Origin: Sphingomonadales bacterium
GTDB lineage: Bacteria > Pseudomonadota > Alphaproteobacteria > Sphingomonadales > Sphingomonadaceae
Reading direction: 5' to 3'
DNA: 57,946 nucleotides
Assembly: GCA_043778865.1 (NCBI GenBank)
Contig: JAYWFI010000146.1
Location: forward strand, 1 to 57,946
Below, piece by piece: positions 57,080-57,946 of the stretch. Each line of letters opens with the position of its first letter. Positions within the stretch are counted from its first letter, which is position 1. Position numbers and translations under genes: made by a program. The notes under the pieces were generated by a model, which did not search any database, was not told the DNA's origin, and was given only the letters and a program-made list of their open reading frames with translations.

Positions 57080-57721
57080 ATGGATGAATTAAAAACGAGA
57101 GCCATGCTTGCTCAGCTAATTGAAGATAACCGAGAAGATTACGCTGGCTTGTCCAAACTAATTGGAAAGAATGCTGCTTATATTCAACAGTTTATAAAGC
57201 GTGGCAGCCCCAAACATTTGGGAGAGCGTGAACGCGGAATCCTTGCGCGGTATTTTGGTGTGGACGAATCAGTGCTTGGCGCGCCGTACCCAGCAGCGGC
57301 GCGGCGCGGTGGGCTGCGGATGGTTCCAAAACTGCGTATTGATGCATCCGCAGGTGCAGGCGCGCTTACCGATGTAGAGGTTGCGGCGGGGCAAATTGGC
57401 TTTGATGAAAAATGGCTAAAGAAATTTGGCTGCGAACCTTCAGAGTTATCGCTCATCCGGGTATTGGGCGATAGCATGATGCCAGTATTGATGGACGGTG
57501 ATGACATAATGGTGGATCGCAGCGCAGCCAACCGCCCTTTGCGTGACGGCGTACATGTGATCCGCATGGACGATGTGCTGATGGTCAAACGGCTGGCACG
57601 GGGTCCGGCGGGGCGGGTGTCGGTGCTCTCTGATAATCCCGCTTATCCCGATTGGCCCGATGTGGATGGTATTGAGATTACGATTGTGGGCCGCGTAGTG
57701 TGGACCGGGCGGCGGCTTTGA
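57080..57721 (+). CDS. Host CI/LexA-like S24 repressor
   Basis: N-terminal HTH, ASAGAG, VLGDSMMP, MVKR, IVGRVVW. Confidence 0.9.
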   Translation: MDELKTRAMLAQLIEDNREDYAGLSKLIGKNAAYIQQFIKRGSPKHLGERERGILARYFGVDESVLGAPYPAAARRGGLRMVPKLRIDASAGAGALTDVEVAAGQIGFDEKWLKKFGCEPSELSLIRVLGDSMMPVLMDGDDIMVDRSAANRPLRDGVHVIRMDDVLMVKRLARGPAGRVSVLSDNPAYPDWPDVDGIEITIVGRVVWTGRRL

Positions 57722-57760
57722 TGACTTGCGCATCGTCTGCATAATTGCCACATAGTGAGA

Positions 57761-57946
57761 ATGAATAATACTTTGCCTGATACCGCTCAATCTGCGTCGC
57801 CTCTCAAAGCCGTAATCATTCCGGTTACGCCGTTGCAGCAAAACTGCACGTTGTTTTGGTGTACGCAAACGGGCAAAGCTGCGCTCGTTGATCCGGGCGG
57901 TGACTTGCACAAACTAAAGGATGCCGTGGCGCAAACGGGCGTAGAG
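57761..57946 (+). CDS. MBL-fold metallo-hydrolase (YcbL/GloC-like), 3' truncated
   Basis: [16 protein letters not shown]...ALVDPGGD. Confidence 0.82.
   Translation, partial: MNNTLPDTAQSASPLKAVIIPVTPLQQNCTLFWCTQTGKAALVDPGGDLHKLKDAVAQTGVE

Overview
Chromosomal window from an alphaproteobacterium, probably Sphingomonadales (inferred from gene content). Bases 1-18.7 kb and 56.9-57.9 kb are host DNA: an S8 protease, a TPR-GGDEF-EAL protein, rarD, leuBDC, a PfkB kinase, thiolase, MaoC, MscS, PEP-CTERM/exosortase A-associated genes, an S24 repressor and an MBL hydrolase. An apparently complete 38,173-bp Mu-like (transposable) prophage with a non-contractile tail occupies 18706-56878, bounded by TGT..ACA ends and repeated CGCGCCA end motifs. 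It splits a small host Cro-like gene whose promoter region holds a perfect alphaproteobacterial LexA box. The two 5-bp flanks differ and roughly a dozen codons of that gene appear to be missing. The best candidate for an undescribed system lies at 19.8-21.3 kb: a MuF head protein with a C-terminal PBECR-like nuclease domain has no protein immunity gene and is instead met convergently by a ~98-nt four-stem, kissing-loop RNA-like element with its own predicted promoter; a second structured RNA precedes the DNA adenine methylase. Other points of note are an L,D-transpeptidase-family protein in the endolysin slot, a C4-type antisense RNA/antirepressor cassette, a LexA-HTH-only early protein, a fibre-adaptor/head-tail-adaptor fusion with a divergent fibre module, and a centrally placed immunity region. 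All calls come from reading motifs and base pairing by eye; no searches or folding programs were run.
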